Below are positions 50,906 to 64,000 of a DNA stretch of 64,000 bases, in pieces. Below the pieces are notes generated by a model. It made no database searches and was not told the DNA's origin. It worked only from the letters and a program-made list of their open reading frames with translations. The number at the start of each line of letters is the position of its first letter. Within the stretch, counting starts at the first letter, position 1. A program made the position numbers and the translations under genes. The DNA is from Antechinus flavipes (Eukaryota), in assembly GCF_016432865.1 (NCBI RefSeq), contig NC_067402.1:40238001-40302000 (forward strand). The letters are read 5' to 3'.

Positions 50906-53900
50906 CAAAGCAAAAGTTATCTACCATGGGGATAACTCAATGTGAACAACGATGTTAACGGGGTGACCAGAATCCAGAGTTCACGGAGTAGCAGGCAATC
51001 CACAAGTATTTACTGAACGGCCTACATGATCAGATGCTTTGTATTAACAGGATGAGAATTTTAATCTTCTTGACTGCCTGTAAGGGTGATTTTTTACAAT
51101 ATCTTTTACATGGGCTTCCCTCAGCTCTTCTTTCTATAGCCTTCCATGGCAACCAGCAGGAAGAGGGGAAAGCAGCATCTCTCCCTCTGGAGCTTCCTTA
51201 AGCAAGCATCTTACATTCTTGGCTGGATGGGAAAATGCTCCCCTAGGATAAACAAGAAACCTCTCACAATTTAGTGAGAGTATCTGCCTGCTCCAGAGAT
51301 ACAGGGTTTCAGGAAGGAAACAGATTTCCTCATCCTGTTAATGTTTACAGACTGCCAAGATCAGTTCCATGAATGTTTCCCTCACCAAAGGGCAGCATTA
51401 ACTCTTGAAGCATCTCATGCCATTTATATTGGATCCTATGCTTTATAATACGGATTAAATCATTACCTCTCTTTAATGTAGGACACCAAAGGTCAGTTTC
51501 GGAGGGGAAAAAAAATCTTTTTACTATATGTTCCAATGCTCAGTGGAAATCCTCTTTGGGGGATAGTCTTCAATTTTGTTTATCAATAAAGGGCATTTCT
51601 CTTATGAAGTTTGTTTTTTCCTAAGGAGATTGGGGAATAATCTCTGTGCTTTCTATCCTATATTGCCTTATTCCATTTCTAGCCATTCTAAGGTTATTTT
51701 TGCTGTAAGAGAGAACAGAAGCACATAGAAATAAATAGAAATATACCATTAGAACTATTTTCTTAAATAAATAAAATGCAAAAGAGAAAAGGCAAAGTGA
51801 CTTTGCACAATAGTGAGAGACAGTGCAATCTTCTCTATCACCCACCTTGAAAATAAAAGATGCTACGTGGCAGGAACAAGTTCCTAGAGTGATTGAAAAC
51901 TCCCAACAAAAATCCAACCACAAAATAAGTCCACATTTCAACTCAAAAACTCACACTGCTTTTAACATGTAAAAGCTGATGGCTATTGCCATGCCATGGC
52001 TGCAGGTGACCCTGTGGGAACTGGGGTGAGATGACAAAAAGACACGGCCATTCCACTGGAGAGGAGGCCTTTTAAAAAATAAGGAGAAATACAGAAATGT
52101 GGCTGGAAGGGCACAGTCTCGGCAAAACAGTATGGTGCAGGACAGAACAGAGAGAACCTCAGGGTTCAAATCCCCTCTCTGATGTTTACTTGTTGTGTCA
52201 CCTCTCCCCCCCTTTATGTGTTGTCTTTCCTTTTAGGACGCAAGCTTCTTGAGAGGAATAACTCTCTTTTGTTTTTGCAGTAATTTTTATCCCAGTACAT
52301 AGCATAGTGCCTGGAATATGTACTCTTACTCTCTCCCTCCCTCTCTGCCTGTCTGTCTGTTTATGTCTTTCTCTCATTCTCTGTCTGCCTTACTTTCTGT
52401 TTTAAACATTTTCTTTGTATCTTCACTGCTTAGCACTGCCTAGAACATATTAAATGCTTAATAAATGCTCACTGCTTAATTGATACCAATTTTGAGTCAG
52501 TTGCTTTTTTAACAGCCAAAAGACACACGAGAAAGGGTTATCCATTTGAGTGATAAAATAATAATAAATGAAATTAAGCAGACAAAGAGGGAGCTTGTTC
52601 TGTCTAAAAAAGATAAATCAAGAGTGCTGGACTAGTGGAAATCAGGCCTCTGGAATTCTCAGCTTTCTGCACACCAGGCAGGTGTGTGTGCACTTTGAAA
52701 AGATCCCTGTAGTCAGGGCAGACCCCCAAAACCCCCCTGGAATTTCAGCTGCCTAGAGATCCCATGCTCTCCAAACACAAAGGCAAGGAGGAAGTCCAGT
52801 GCAACTCAATATGTACAGAATTGCTAGCCTGCATTCTCATGCAAATTCCTAAGCTGACTGGGGAGAAAAGAACAGAACTGCTTCTAGCCTCACCAGGAAA
52901 ACCAGACACATGGGTGGCCCTTGCGGCACTCAATTGCTGCTGGTTCCTGAGATGTAAGCTCTGGGGATCATGGAGATGGGAGTCAAAGACGAACGGTCCG
53001 GGGTCCGTCCAATGCTCCATTCGGGAGCCCAGGACCCGGCCCTTTGGCAGTGGGCGATCCCCATCACCACAGGTAAAGGGCCCCATGGCCACTCCGTATC
53101 TGAATGTGATCTTTTAACATTAGGTTTGTCGCCTGCCACACACAAGAGACCGATGAAGGATGGTGTGGTAAATGGTAGCCGCCTGCAGCTTTGTTTCCAG
53201 ATTTAGGTGAAAACCTTCTGAAGCATGAGCTTCTCCAGCTCATTTTACAGATTAGGAAACTGAGGCAGAGAGGGTGAAGTGACTTGCCCAGGCTCCACAG
53301 TGAGGAAGTATCAGAAGCTAACTTCAAACTCATGCTTTGCTGATCCCGTACACTCCACCAGATCCTTGCTGCCCCAAACCAGCAGCCAGAGGTTGGAAAT
53401 GATGAGCATTTTCAGATTAAACTAAGCCAGAATATGGCTGAGAAAGGCCTGGCCTCCAAACGTAGGATGTGAGCCTTCAAAGAATGGCTGGCATGTCTCA
53501 GGTTCTCTTTCTTCAGAGTCAAGAACAGAAGGCGTTCTGTTTTACCCAGAAGTGCCATGGCAGACAGGGGTCTTATTTTCCCAGCCTCTCTGTCGGCCTT
53601 TCAAAGACTTTCAGGGTGGGTTTGTCGTGCTCGCTTTCCCTGTGGGGCTGGGCCCTGAAGGGTCCTGTCAGGGGTGGAGGAGGAGGTAGCTGGGAAAGGC
53701 CGATGAGGACAGAAGTTCTCAGATGCCCTCCCAGAAGTGGGGCTTCTCAGCCTGCTTTTCTTCAAGAGTATTTCAGCCTTCTCCTAAACCAACAGATGAT
53801 CTCTCCTTATCCGATGGTCAAGGAGTGGTACAATGGAATTCTGTTAGGAAGCCAAATCACCTTCTACATCTGAGGCTACTGCTGGAAAAATATTAAGTTG

Positions 53901-54174
53901 ATTATCTTTCCTTAGCATGCCAAGCTTTAAAAGTCTACAGGGATTACAGCTTTAAAAACAAGATTCATTCCCAAATTGCTGAAACCTTGAATTTTTGAAG
54001 TGACTTTCTAAAATGGATTGAGTTATTACATGCACTGTCATTTACAAATTAAAAGAATTTTTTTCCAACATATATTCTGAAAATGCCATACGTTCTAAAG
54101 AAATAGTCTCCTACTATTAAATTTTTTAAGAAAATGGATGAGAAAACCCTCCCAATAGCTAAGGAAAAACTCCT

Positions 54175-55050
54175 ATTAATCAACAAAAATTCATCAAATA
54201 CCTATTATACACAACACACAGTGCTAGGCAATGGGGAAACAATGACAAAAATGAACAATCCCTAACTTCAGCAAGCTTCCATTGTGTAGTGAGGAGACAA
54301 TACGTACATATGTGAATATATGTCAGACGCACACAAATTCAGTGCAAGCTAATTGGCAGGGAACATGGTACTAGCAGCCAGGGCTCAGAAAAGATTTCAT
54401 GAAGAAGATGGCTCCTCAGCTGAGGTCTGCAAGAAACCAGGGATGTGCAGAGATGGGGAGGAAGGGGTACATTCTAGCCTGGGGGATAGTCTGCCCCAAG
54501 GCAGAGGGATAGAGCAGCAAGGGCAGGTGTCAGAGGCAGAGGATGGTGCACTAGGTGGGGGAGTCAGAAGCCCGGGCTCCGATCGTGCCTCACAAGCCTT
54601 CTGGCTGCATGGCCAGGGGGCTGGCCACATGGCCTCCTGTAGTCTCAGTCTGCTCTTGTAGAGCAGGTTGGATGCCGACTATTAGGGCCCTTCCCAGCTC
54701 TAACTCTATAATTCTCTCCTAAGGATGGAAAAACACATTGGAGCCAGGTGGCGAAAGGCTTTGAAAGCCAATCAGAGGAGTTTGTGTGGAGTGAGTGACA
54801 GAGGAGTTTGGGGTATTGCTTGGATTACTGGAAGCGAGGTGGTACCCCCTTGAGAGAAATGAAAAAATTTAGAGAAGAAACAGAGTTTTGTTTTGGACGG
54901 GCTGAGTTCTCCAGGACATCCAGGTCGAGATATCCCAAGGCAGGCTTGCGACCCTGGATTGGAGCTCAGGAGGGAGCCCATGGCTGAGTATAAAGCTCCA
55001 GGAGGCATTTGCACAGAGACGAGAATCAAATTTAGTGGGGTTGGAGGGGT
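54175..55050 (-). mobile_element. L2 fragment
   Basis: aaatacctattatacac...gtgctaggcaatgggg...aaaggctttgaaagccaa...gagttttgttttggac...gacatccagg. Confidence 0.7.
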
Positions 55051-55647
55051 CACATGTCAATCTCTCCTTCAAAAGTCAGGTCTTTTTAAGAGAAGTGGGG
55101 GAAAATGCCATTCTGAAGCACCACATGAAGAGGTGGGCACAAAAGCCCTCTGGGTACGCTTGTAGCACAGCTCCTCAGCATGAACAATAATAACAGGACT
55201 GACCGCCGACTTGTATCACTTATGTCTTCTTATTTAATTTGAAGAATGGGGTTCAGCTCAGCCATCCACAAACAAGGAGACATCTGGCTGTTACTTACCT
55301 TCTGCTGCCCCCTTTCTCTAGTGGAAGAGGGGGACTGCCTCCGGCCTTTCCTCTTAAACAACAGGCTCCTGTGATCAGTAATGGAAGGATTGCGTGCTCT
55401 GAGGCTCAGGGAAGAAGCTCCTACGAACACTTTTCTCAGGATCCTTTACCTGCCGTCCCAATGGAGCCCTGGATCCCCCTAAGCCAGAGCAGCTTCAGCT
55501 TTGGGGAGACAAGGCCCCTTGGAGTGTGAGAAAGGCATCCCAGTAAATCTCACTGCTAAGTTTGACAACTTAAAAGACCGCCCACGGGGGAATGATAATG
55601 ACCCACCATTTTGGAATTTCTGTTAATAACCCAAATGCATGACATAC

Positions 55648-55759
55648 CTGCCCAGAGCTCTGAGGTTATGTGAGGGGCCAAGGGTGAAGCCATTATACAG
55701 ACGGCAGCCAAAGCATCCTCAAATTCTGGACTGTGTAGAACGACTTTTTCAGAAGCTTG
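55648..55759 (-). CDS. LARS2: LARS2 coding exon, 112 bp (not in the ORF track)
   Basis: Encodes [37 protein letters not shown](G), with the LeuRS P-x-A-P-H motif. Acceptor ccttag|CAA, donor GCAG|gtatgt. Confidence 0.96.
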
Positions 55760-56969
55760 CTAAGGAAGAGAAGGAAAAAATGAAAATAATACCCCAAGGC
55801 ATGAAAGCTTAAGGCTCTCCTATAGTCACACAGGGATAATGAGTTAAAAAATTTGCAGCTTCCCAGCCCCTTTCTTTCTGAATGTCCTTCCTTCGTTTCC
55901 TACTCTGTGACATATCCCGGTCCACAGGTGTATGTCCACCTTAGGGACGCCTCTCAGGTGTCCTGTGGCCCCTCTGGGCCTGCCACCAAGAGCAAATGAA
56001 GAAACAGACAGACCAGATATCCTTGATATCATTTGTTCATTTCAGAAATGATCAGGTTTAAACTTGACACATAAAACTGGGAACAAAGGGAGGAGAGAAA
56101 TGAGAACATAGCAAATTGGCCAGGATGCAAGAGGGGACCCGGTGGGGAGGGGCAGCCAGGAAGATGTGATAAGGTCCGGGCAGGGGTGGTACTCCAGCGG
56201 CACACCCAGCTCCACCTTTCTCATGACCCACTTAGGATGCCTCCCTCAGCTCCCTTGGGATTATAATAATTAGGATACTTTGGCTAAACTTAAAAGCTAC
56301 ACAATATATTATTTTGTGTATAAAAGGTGACAAGAAAACTACCCTGACTAGTCTATTCCATTTTGTGAGGTGCAGCAGGGACTCTGATGGAGGCTGTGAA
56401 GGAACACGGCCCTTCACAGGCAGAGCCGGTCTCACTGATAAAAAGGCTGATTTCAGAGACAGGGTCTCTCTGATCCTGCTAACATCTAAAAATACGTAGC
56501 GTTAGTGAGGACAGCTAAGACTGTTCACGTGCACCACAAGTCACAGGAGCATTTCCCCTTACTTCCCAGATCAATTTCCTTAGCTGTAAAATGAAAAAGT
56601 TGGATTAGATCATAAGTAAGGATTTTTTCAACCTAAAAAAAATTTAATTCCACGACTAAAGTATTTATGTGAATATATGTGTAAAGGCATATAATTATAT
56701 AATACATAATAAAAATGTGATGATATATAAATATGTGAATATGCATATATATATGCATATTTTAAGAGCTAGAAATGTGTTGTTTTTATAAATTTGCTTC
56801 TTAGTAACTCAACAATACAGTTAATTCTAATTCTGTTTAGGTATTTTTTCATCATTTTTCTTTTGTTTTCAAGCTATAAGCATTCAGAGTTTGTGTAACA
56901 CATGGTTGGCTGGATGGAGATTACTCATTGAATCTACTATGAGTGCATTAGAACAATTAGAAAACTTAC

Positions 56970-57047
56970 CGAGAGTGCATTACTGAGTCCCATCAGGTGT
57001 GAAATCACAGAATTCAATAAGAAATCTTCTGTGAAATGGGTAGTTAC
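56970..57047 (-). CDS. LARS2: LARS2 coding exon, 78 bp (not in the ORF track)
   Basis: Reverse complement encodes [26 protein letters not shown]. Acceptor cttctag|GTA, donor CTCG|gtaagt; phase 0/0. Confidence 0.96.
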
Positions 57048-58214
57048 CTAGAAGTAAAAAAATTAAGGTATCTCTTTTTGTTAAAATGATTTTTTATTTC
57101 ATAACAGAATTCTGGAGTTCAAGACTTGAAGGATCTGAGACTAGATCACTGTAAGTATTCCTTCCAATGATATGGCTATCAAACACTTTACAGAATTCTT
57201 AATTATCCAAAAATGTCAAACTAGATGAATCTCATCTCTGATGATATTAATCACTGCTATGATTATCTCACCAGCAGCTTTCTGATTCTGTCTTCCCCTC
57301 CCATTTCAAACATGTCTGATCTGATCCCTTGCATATCTCTGTGCTTAGAAACCACTGCTTTTCTTCAAGGTCCAGATTGGATGTCCTCTTCTCACAAAAA
57401 CAAAAGTGGCTCCTCCCCCAAGCTTCCATGCTGTTTTCAGCTCTCCTCCACCTGATTTTATTTTAGATAGTAATTGTTTATATACATGTTGACTCTTTAA
57501 GTAGAGTACCAGTTCTCTGATGGCAAGAACTTCTTTTCTCCTTTTTCTTTGCATTCCCCAGTATCTAGCATGGTACTGAGTATATAACAGTTCCTTAACA
57601 AATCTTCACTGAGTGAATTTGGAATCCACATGATTTGGAATAGTTAATATAGAAATTACTGAAGAGAATGCCTGATAGTACGAGGAAGCATCTTTTATGA
57701 AGGCTCAAAACTCTGACTTTTATTTTTCTTATCAAGTCTTATCAAGTGCAGTCCTTCCCTAGCTCTTTCTGACCTGTTCTGGTAACTGCAGAGTATATGA
57801 GTATATACACTTATGTAATTAGTGCACGCATGGATATTTCAATAGTACTTTAAGGATCAATGTCATCAATACAAGTCCTCCCTCCACTGAAACAGGTCTC
57901 GAACCTTCTCTGTCAAACAAGAAGTTATGAAAAAAAAATCATACACCCGTCCCCCCCAGGTCAGCCTGGTAATGAGACTACTGGGCAGTGGAAAATCCAC
58001 AGACATAACCAGGCCAGGTCTCCGTCCTTCCAGTTTGGGAGTGCCTGCAGAAGTCAGTGTGGCCTTCAAGGACTCAAGCTTATAGCTTTGCCCCAGTGAA
58101 GCTTTGGGGTAAGTTCTTTGGGTCTGAATAGAGACTCACAGTGGTGTTTTGTAATTCATATAGGATGTTAAGTATTCTCATATTGCTTTAATCATGTTTT
58201 GATTAGTGCCATCC

Positions 58215-58620
58215 TTTATTAGCCCATTTTCTGTAACATTTAATAGAGTTTAACAAAGAATTTAGCATATGTCAGGTACTAAAATTACAAAGACAATGAG
58301 TCAGTTCCTGCCCTCAAGGATCTTACATTCTATTTCTAACACATATGAAGATAAGCAGATGACATGTAAATTGAGGAAAGAAAGGGCACTAATGTGTGAA
58401 GAGATCATGAAAGGCCACATTGATATCTGATGCTCCTTGAAGAAAAAGAAGGACTTTGGGTAAGAAGGCAGTTCAGTCTTGGCATGGACTGGGTTAATGC
58501 ATGAAGGTGGAGGAGGGAAGGCTGAGTTGGGAGAAGAGCTAGTAAGTCATCCAATTGGCTAGAGGGTAGACTGTATGAAGGAAAGATAATGTCAACTAAA
58601 ACTGGAGGAGCCTACAAAAA
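58215..58620 (-). mobile_element. L2 fragment
   Basis: agttcctgccctcaaggatcttacattctat...gaaggcagttcagtcttggcatgg. Confidence 0.6.
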
Positions 58621-59665
58621 TAACATAATAGACTAACTAGTAAATCATATTTTGGATGGCTCAAAGAAGTTGTTGAAAAAATAAAATTAACAACAAAGAT
58701 GTTGTAGTCTGCTGGATGTCTCTTGATGATAGAAACCCTTAGTTAAATACCCCCAAGGGATAATGTTGTAAAAAATTACCCTGGCATGGATTCTGTCAAT
58801 ACAAAGTTATTATTAAATAAAATAAAATTAAGATTTAAAAAAATAAAAAAAAATACCCCCAATCCACATGGTATAAATAACTGATGAAAAGGTTAAGATT
58901 ATTCTTTACCTGGAGGAACCAGAGGAATCAAAACAAGAAGAATAAAATTGAGGATATATTCCTGTCCATTTTTACCTTTAGCAGGAAAATAAAAATGTGA
59001 CACCTTTGAAAAAAATTGAAAAAAATTCAAGATTGTAAAACTCACTAAAATATCACAATCCACTGAATTAAGTAATTAAAAAATCTTGGAGCACAAAAAA
59101 TAAATATTTAATGATAAAATAGTTGCTCAAGCATCACTCAGTTTATTTAATTCAAGTCAATAAGTCATTCTAACCTTCCACAGAATATATTTAAAAAAAA
59201 AAGAAACTGGAAGAAGATTCATTAAAAAAAAAAGAGCCACTCCTGAAAACAGAGCTATTTTAGGTTAGGAAGGAGAAATGTTTCCATGTTAATACAATTT
59301 TGTATTTGGGCCCAAATATATGAAAAAAATTTGGTTAAGCTTAAAAGCTTGGATCAGCATATCTACAAACCAACTTTCATCTTTTTCCACTTAAATTTGA
59401 TGACAAAGGAATTGTGGGTGTGGGCTAACTGCCCAGCAAGGAAACATCTATAGAATTTTTGAGTTCTTTCTTCCAAGGATTTTGCTCTCAAAAGCAGCTG
59501 AACGTCCTAATACTGTTAAAAAAAAAAATCAACAAAGACAAAAACTAATCTGGCTGAGATGGTCTGATGCCTCTTTTTCCAAATCTATCCCTGTATTTCT
59601 TCTTTCTGTAGGAAGTGGTATCATGATGGCCAAAATGTAATAGCTGGACTTGGAAGTAACTTATC

Positions 59666-60095
59666 TGTTAAGGGCCAGAACTCTGAACTTGAAATAAAGG
59701 ATTCTTACAAGGTGCTAAGTGGAATTGATGAGACAATGGTTATCTAGTTTAGCATGGTGATTAATAGTTCTCTAAGTTCAATATGACTGATTTAATCCTA
59801 CAACAAATAAAAATCGTTTATACTCAGTGTAGAGCATATAAGCTGGGAGCCTCCGCCAGATTCATTCCGAGAGATTAAGAAGCCAGAGAAGGCAGGTAGG
59901 AGCTCAAGCTCTTGGAACCAAGGAGAGAGATAGGCCTCTAAGAACACTAGCCGGGCCCCAGGAGAGGAGAGAAGACTTTGAAGGAGACAATAAAGGATTT
60001 GGACTTTAACCCCTGGATGTTCTTGTGGTGATTACTGAACTGAAACGAAGGCTGTTCCCAGAGACCCAAGAAAATCTGAACCGGAAAACATTACA
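59666..60095 (+). mobile_element. Solo ERV LTR (~430 bp) in a LARS2 intron
   Basis: TGTTAAGGG...CATTACA termini, TATA-like tataag at 59837, AATAAA at 59989; no PBS after the 3' end; TSD not clean. Confidence 0.72.
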
Positions 60096-61039
60096 TCTAT
60101 CTGCAGAAATTAGTGTGTCACAGAACCCACAAGAGGCACAGCCCAAAGGAAAGACCCTTAGGTCTGGGGACAGGAGTTCTGGGCTCCCTGCTCTTCTTGG
60201 GATCTCCACGCCTATGTGAACACGAGGGGGCTGGACGGAGGGACCACTGAGGTCCCCTCTAGCTTGAGCAGCCACAGATGGAGAGAGGGGAGGGCTCCCA
60301 GAAGCCTTCTAGGCCAAACCCCTCCTTTTATGGCTGAGGAAAGTGAGTTTTCTCAGGACAGGATTCTCATGATTTCACATTATTTCAGCAGTTCAAGGAT
60401 TTCTGCTTTCACTGGGTTAGTTCTCTCGCTCCCTCTTGTCTGTTTGAACAGCTATCCTGTGAGCTTCTTGTCTCCATTACCCCTCACTAGGCTGGTTCTT
60501 GGATCCAACACAGTCTCTTGGTGGGTGACTCCTTGAGCCCCTGATGAGCTGGGCTCATGGGACATGGCAGCTCTCAGAGACATGGGATGGTCTCTCCTAA
60601 GGCCTGTAATTGCACGGGCGTAGGGAACACCCAGAGGAGGGGGGGCTCTCTACCAATGGGCATCAGCAAACTTCAGGCCCAGGAGCTGCCGGGGCATGGG
60701 AGAGTAAAGTGACTGCAGCCGTCAGGGAGGGGCCTTGTGAAGCTCTCACCACTGCACCACAAGGCCTCCTGACTTCGGGGTGCTAACAGAACCAGAAGGG
60801 AAGGGCCAGAGTCTGCAGATTGGGCTGACTGCGTGTTTGCCTTGGTCCCCATTAAGCTGCCTTGGTCTAGCCCCACAGTTACGGAGAGACAAATGTCCCA
60901 TGGCCTTCTTTCCCCTACAGGACCTTCTCTCCTGCTGATCTGTGGGGTGTGGGGAAGGGGAGGAGGATTTGCTGCTGCACAAGAGCTTGTGACAAGGCTC
61001 CCCAATAAGGAGCTGTGGGCAGCAGCAGAAAGCCCATTG

Positions 61040-61340
61040 TGAATCCGGGTCCCGGAAGGGAGGCCGGGGTCTGGCTCCGCCCCCACGCCGGGGCCCTGGG
61101 GCCCACCTACCTGGGAGACGATGGAGTTCTTGTACTCCCCGAGTTTCCGGGCTTCCTCCCGCTCCTTGGGGCTCAGCGAGTCGGGGCTGGGCACCTGGCC
61201 AGAAGCCCTGGCCTCGAGGAACTTGGTGGTCACGGCCCACAGGCGCTGCTGCCACCTCAGCACCCCAGGGAGAGCGTCAGCTGCGGGCAGGAACGGGAAA
61301 GAACGGAGATGTGGTTTTAAAACCCGAGCAGCCAGAGCGA
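61040..61340. promoter_or_regulatory. Small intragenic CpG island over LARS2 exon 61111-61280
   Basis: 21 CpGs counted by hand in ~300 bp and a GC box (ccgcccc, ~61077-61083), against a CpG-depleted background. Confidence 0.6.
61111..61280 (-). CDS. LARS2: LARS2 coding exon, 170 bp
   Basis: Encodes [57 protein letters not shown]. Acceptor cccgcag|CT, donor CCAG|gtaggt. Confidence 0.97.
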
Positions 61341-61761
61341 GGTGGCTCCCTTTGCTTTTAAGGATGAAGAAGTGAGCCCTGGAAAGGGTCTTCCATCTTG
61401 CCACTCCCATTTCTTGGGCAGAGACTGCTACACAATTTATTCAGGGACAAAATAATCCTGGGGTAACTATTCCCCTCAAGTCATTTCTAATCTAAAGGAC
61501 CCGAGGGATGATGGATTTCTTTGGAGGATCATCTAGAAGATCCTCTTCCCTGTCTAGTTCTTTAGGCTGAAGCTGACCCAGGTTTGGGGCAGACCTCTCA
61601 GGCCTCTTCTGGAAGGTAATGGTCTCCTTGGCCTGGAGTGGACCTAGGGCAAAAGCTGAATGAAACCGGCCTCTTGGGGCTGGCTATGGGCCTCGCCTCC
61701 CTGGGGGTTAATGGAGGCTAGACTTTCCTTATTGTCATTACTCTGACCATAGCTCGCTTCA

Positions 61762-62040
<279 letters not shown>

Positions 62041-63192
62041 TCACAATGATTAAAAAAAAAAAAGCGATCACTGGATATGTGACAGGCCAGAAGTGTCCAC
62101 TTCAACAACCTGACTATTTGTAGAGTACATATCTTCAAGCCTCTCAGTGTGTTAAACTATGGAAAAGGGGGTCTTTTTCATATAAACCTACCCCACCTTG
62201 TGCTCTTCTTTCAGGAGTCACAAAGTTGCAGGGGGTTAAGGGTTGAAATGTAGAACACAATCCATGTGGCTCATTTCATGAGTGAAGAACCCAAGACCAG
62301 TGCATATGTGATAGAGCTGGGGGCACCGACAAGCCCCCAAAGTACAGAGGGCGCTAGAGACAAGAGGGATTTTAGAGACCAACTAGTCAGATCCCTTCCC
62401 TTTACAGAAAGGAAAATGGTACCCAGAGAGAAGAAGTGGTTTGTTCCAAATAAAACAACTACAGTAAATTCAATATAAAAGTATGCTATAGTCTCTCTTC
62501 AATAGCAAAATAATACTTTCCTTTGTGTTCATTTTAAAAACTTATTTCATGATCATTAGAATGATTAGGGGAAAGAACAAGAAAGAATATGTTAGTATTT
62601 GCTTTCGAAGTCTGTTCCAGTTTTAGGGCAAGAACTGAAACATACCCAAATCCTGCCATCTGAAGTGCTGTCAATAAAAATGCTTTGAGGCAGAGAGAAC
62701 GGTAAGGGAGAATGTGAAAGGAAAACAGCTGGATGGGAGAAAGGAAATAGTAACCTAGTCAGGGTCCTGGGATCCAAAGGGGAGTTTATACTCCAGCTTA
62801 TTTGGGGACCAGCTAATTACCTTAAAGAAGAGCTAGATTAAGATTGTCTGAGGCTTTAAGGAACGTAAGGCTATGTTAGGGGCCCTCGACCTCCTGGAGG
62901 TGGCAGTGATGGTGCTTCTCTGGTGCCATGGCCTGTACAAAGTGGGGCAAACTTTGGGCTGTCCAGCATTGTTCGACGGAGACCTCTCTGGGTAGTGCTT
63001 CTCATGCTGACCAGACGCAGCTCTGCTAAAATCGGGCTAAATGAGTCCTGGCGCTGTCTGGTGACAAATGCACTATTCCCTCTGAGGACAGGGATGGCTT
63101 CATTCCTCGACTTGTATCCACCATCCCTACCACAGCGCCTGGCACATCACGGGGCTTCCTAAGTGACCATCGCTTTTGGTTACAGAGCTTCA

Positions 63193-63690
<498 letters not shown>

Positions 63691-64000
63691 TCAAAGGCTC
63701 CCACATGGCACAGAGAACAGAGCAAATGAGTCAGCATGCATCGAGTGCTTCTCCTAGGAGCCGCTTGAAGCAGTGGGGATCCAGATTTGGAGCCCCGGCT
63801 CAAGCCTTACCTCTGCTTCTTACAATATGAGTGACCTCAGGCAAGTTAGTTCCCCATCTGGATCTCAGTTTCCCCATTTGTAAAAGAAGGTGTTTAACTG
63901 GATGGCCTCTCGGATACTTTCCAAATATATTCCTGTGTATACAGTCTGAGACTAGGCACTTTGAGGACCAAAAAAGGGCCTACAGCCATGGCCTTGGTCT

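Noticed and set aside
52897-53072. Possible plus-strand (antisense) exon, caccag|GAAA...ACAG|gtaaag
   Set aside because: The acceptor has a poor pyrimidine tract, the peptide is unrecognisable and no partner exons were found. The overlapping minus-strand candidate is better supported.
56738-56761. 24-bp perfect palindrome aatatgcatatatatatgcatatt
   Set aside because: Expected by-product of TA-rich low-complexity sequence.
58640-59560. Long A-rich stretch, possibly decayed L1 ORF2 or a viral/organellar insert
   Set aside because: No sustained reading frame or recognisable motif; too degraded to call without a search.
60532-60562. CTGATGAG inside a hairpin (hammerhead ribozyme core?); also at 44162
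   Set aside because: No correctly placed GAAA or stems II/III, so the hammerhead topology cannot be built.
60673-61410. 245-aa minus-strand ORF
   Set aside because: Only 61111-61280 is LARS2 exon; the extensions are GC-rich intron that happens to lack stops.

Overview
Repeat-rich mammalian genomic DNA. The SINE/LINE repertoire (WSINE1-, Mar1-, MIR-, RTE-, L1-, L2- and L3-like pieces) points to an Australian marsupial, possibly a dasyurid; that assignment is an inference. The only supportable gene is the 3' part of LARS2 (mitochondrial leucyl-tRNA synthetase) on the minus strand. It has seven coding exons (63426-63526, 61827-62009, 61111-61280, 56970-57047, 55648-55759, 44583-44710, 38736-38915), all with GT-AG introns and compatible phases. 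Together they encode the C-terminal ~316 aa including the class I KMSKS motif, followed by AATAAA at 38411-38416. Positions 1-38.4 kb are intergenic; by human synteny they would lead toward LIMD1, but no LIMD1 exon is seen. I found no convincing novel multi-gene system. The most interesting oddities are a CpG-island/GC3 spike over one LARS2 exon with a radical substitution, a tail-less internal L1 fragment with a perfect 16-bp target-site duplication, a 1.45-kb palindrome-rich AT minisatellite with higher-order structure, and a candidate poison exon. Repeat family names and human LARS2 comparisons come from memory, and repeat boundaries are approximate.
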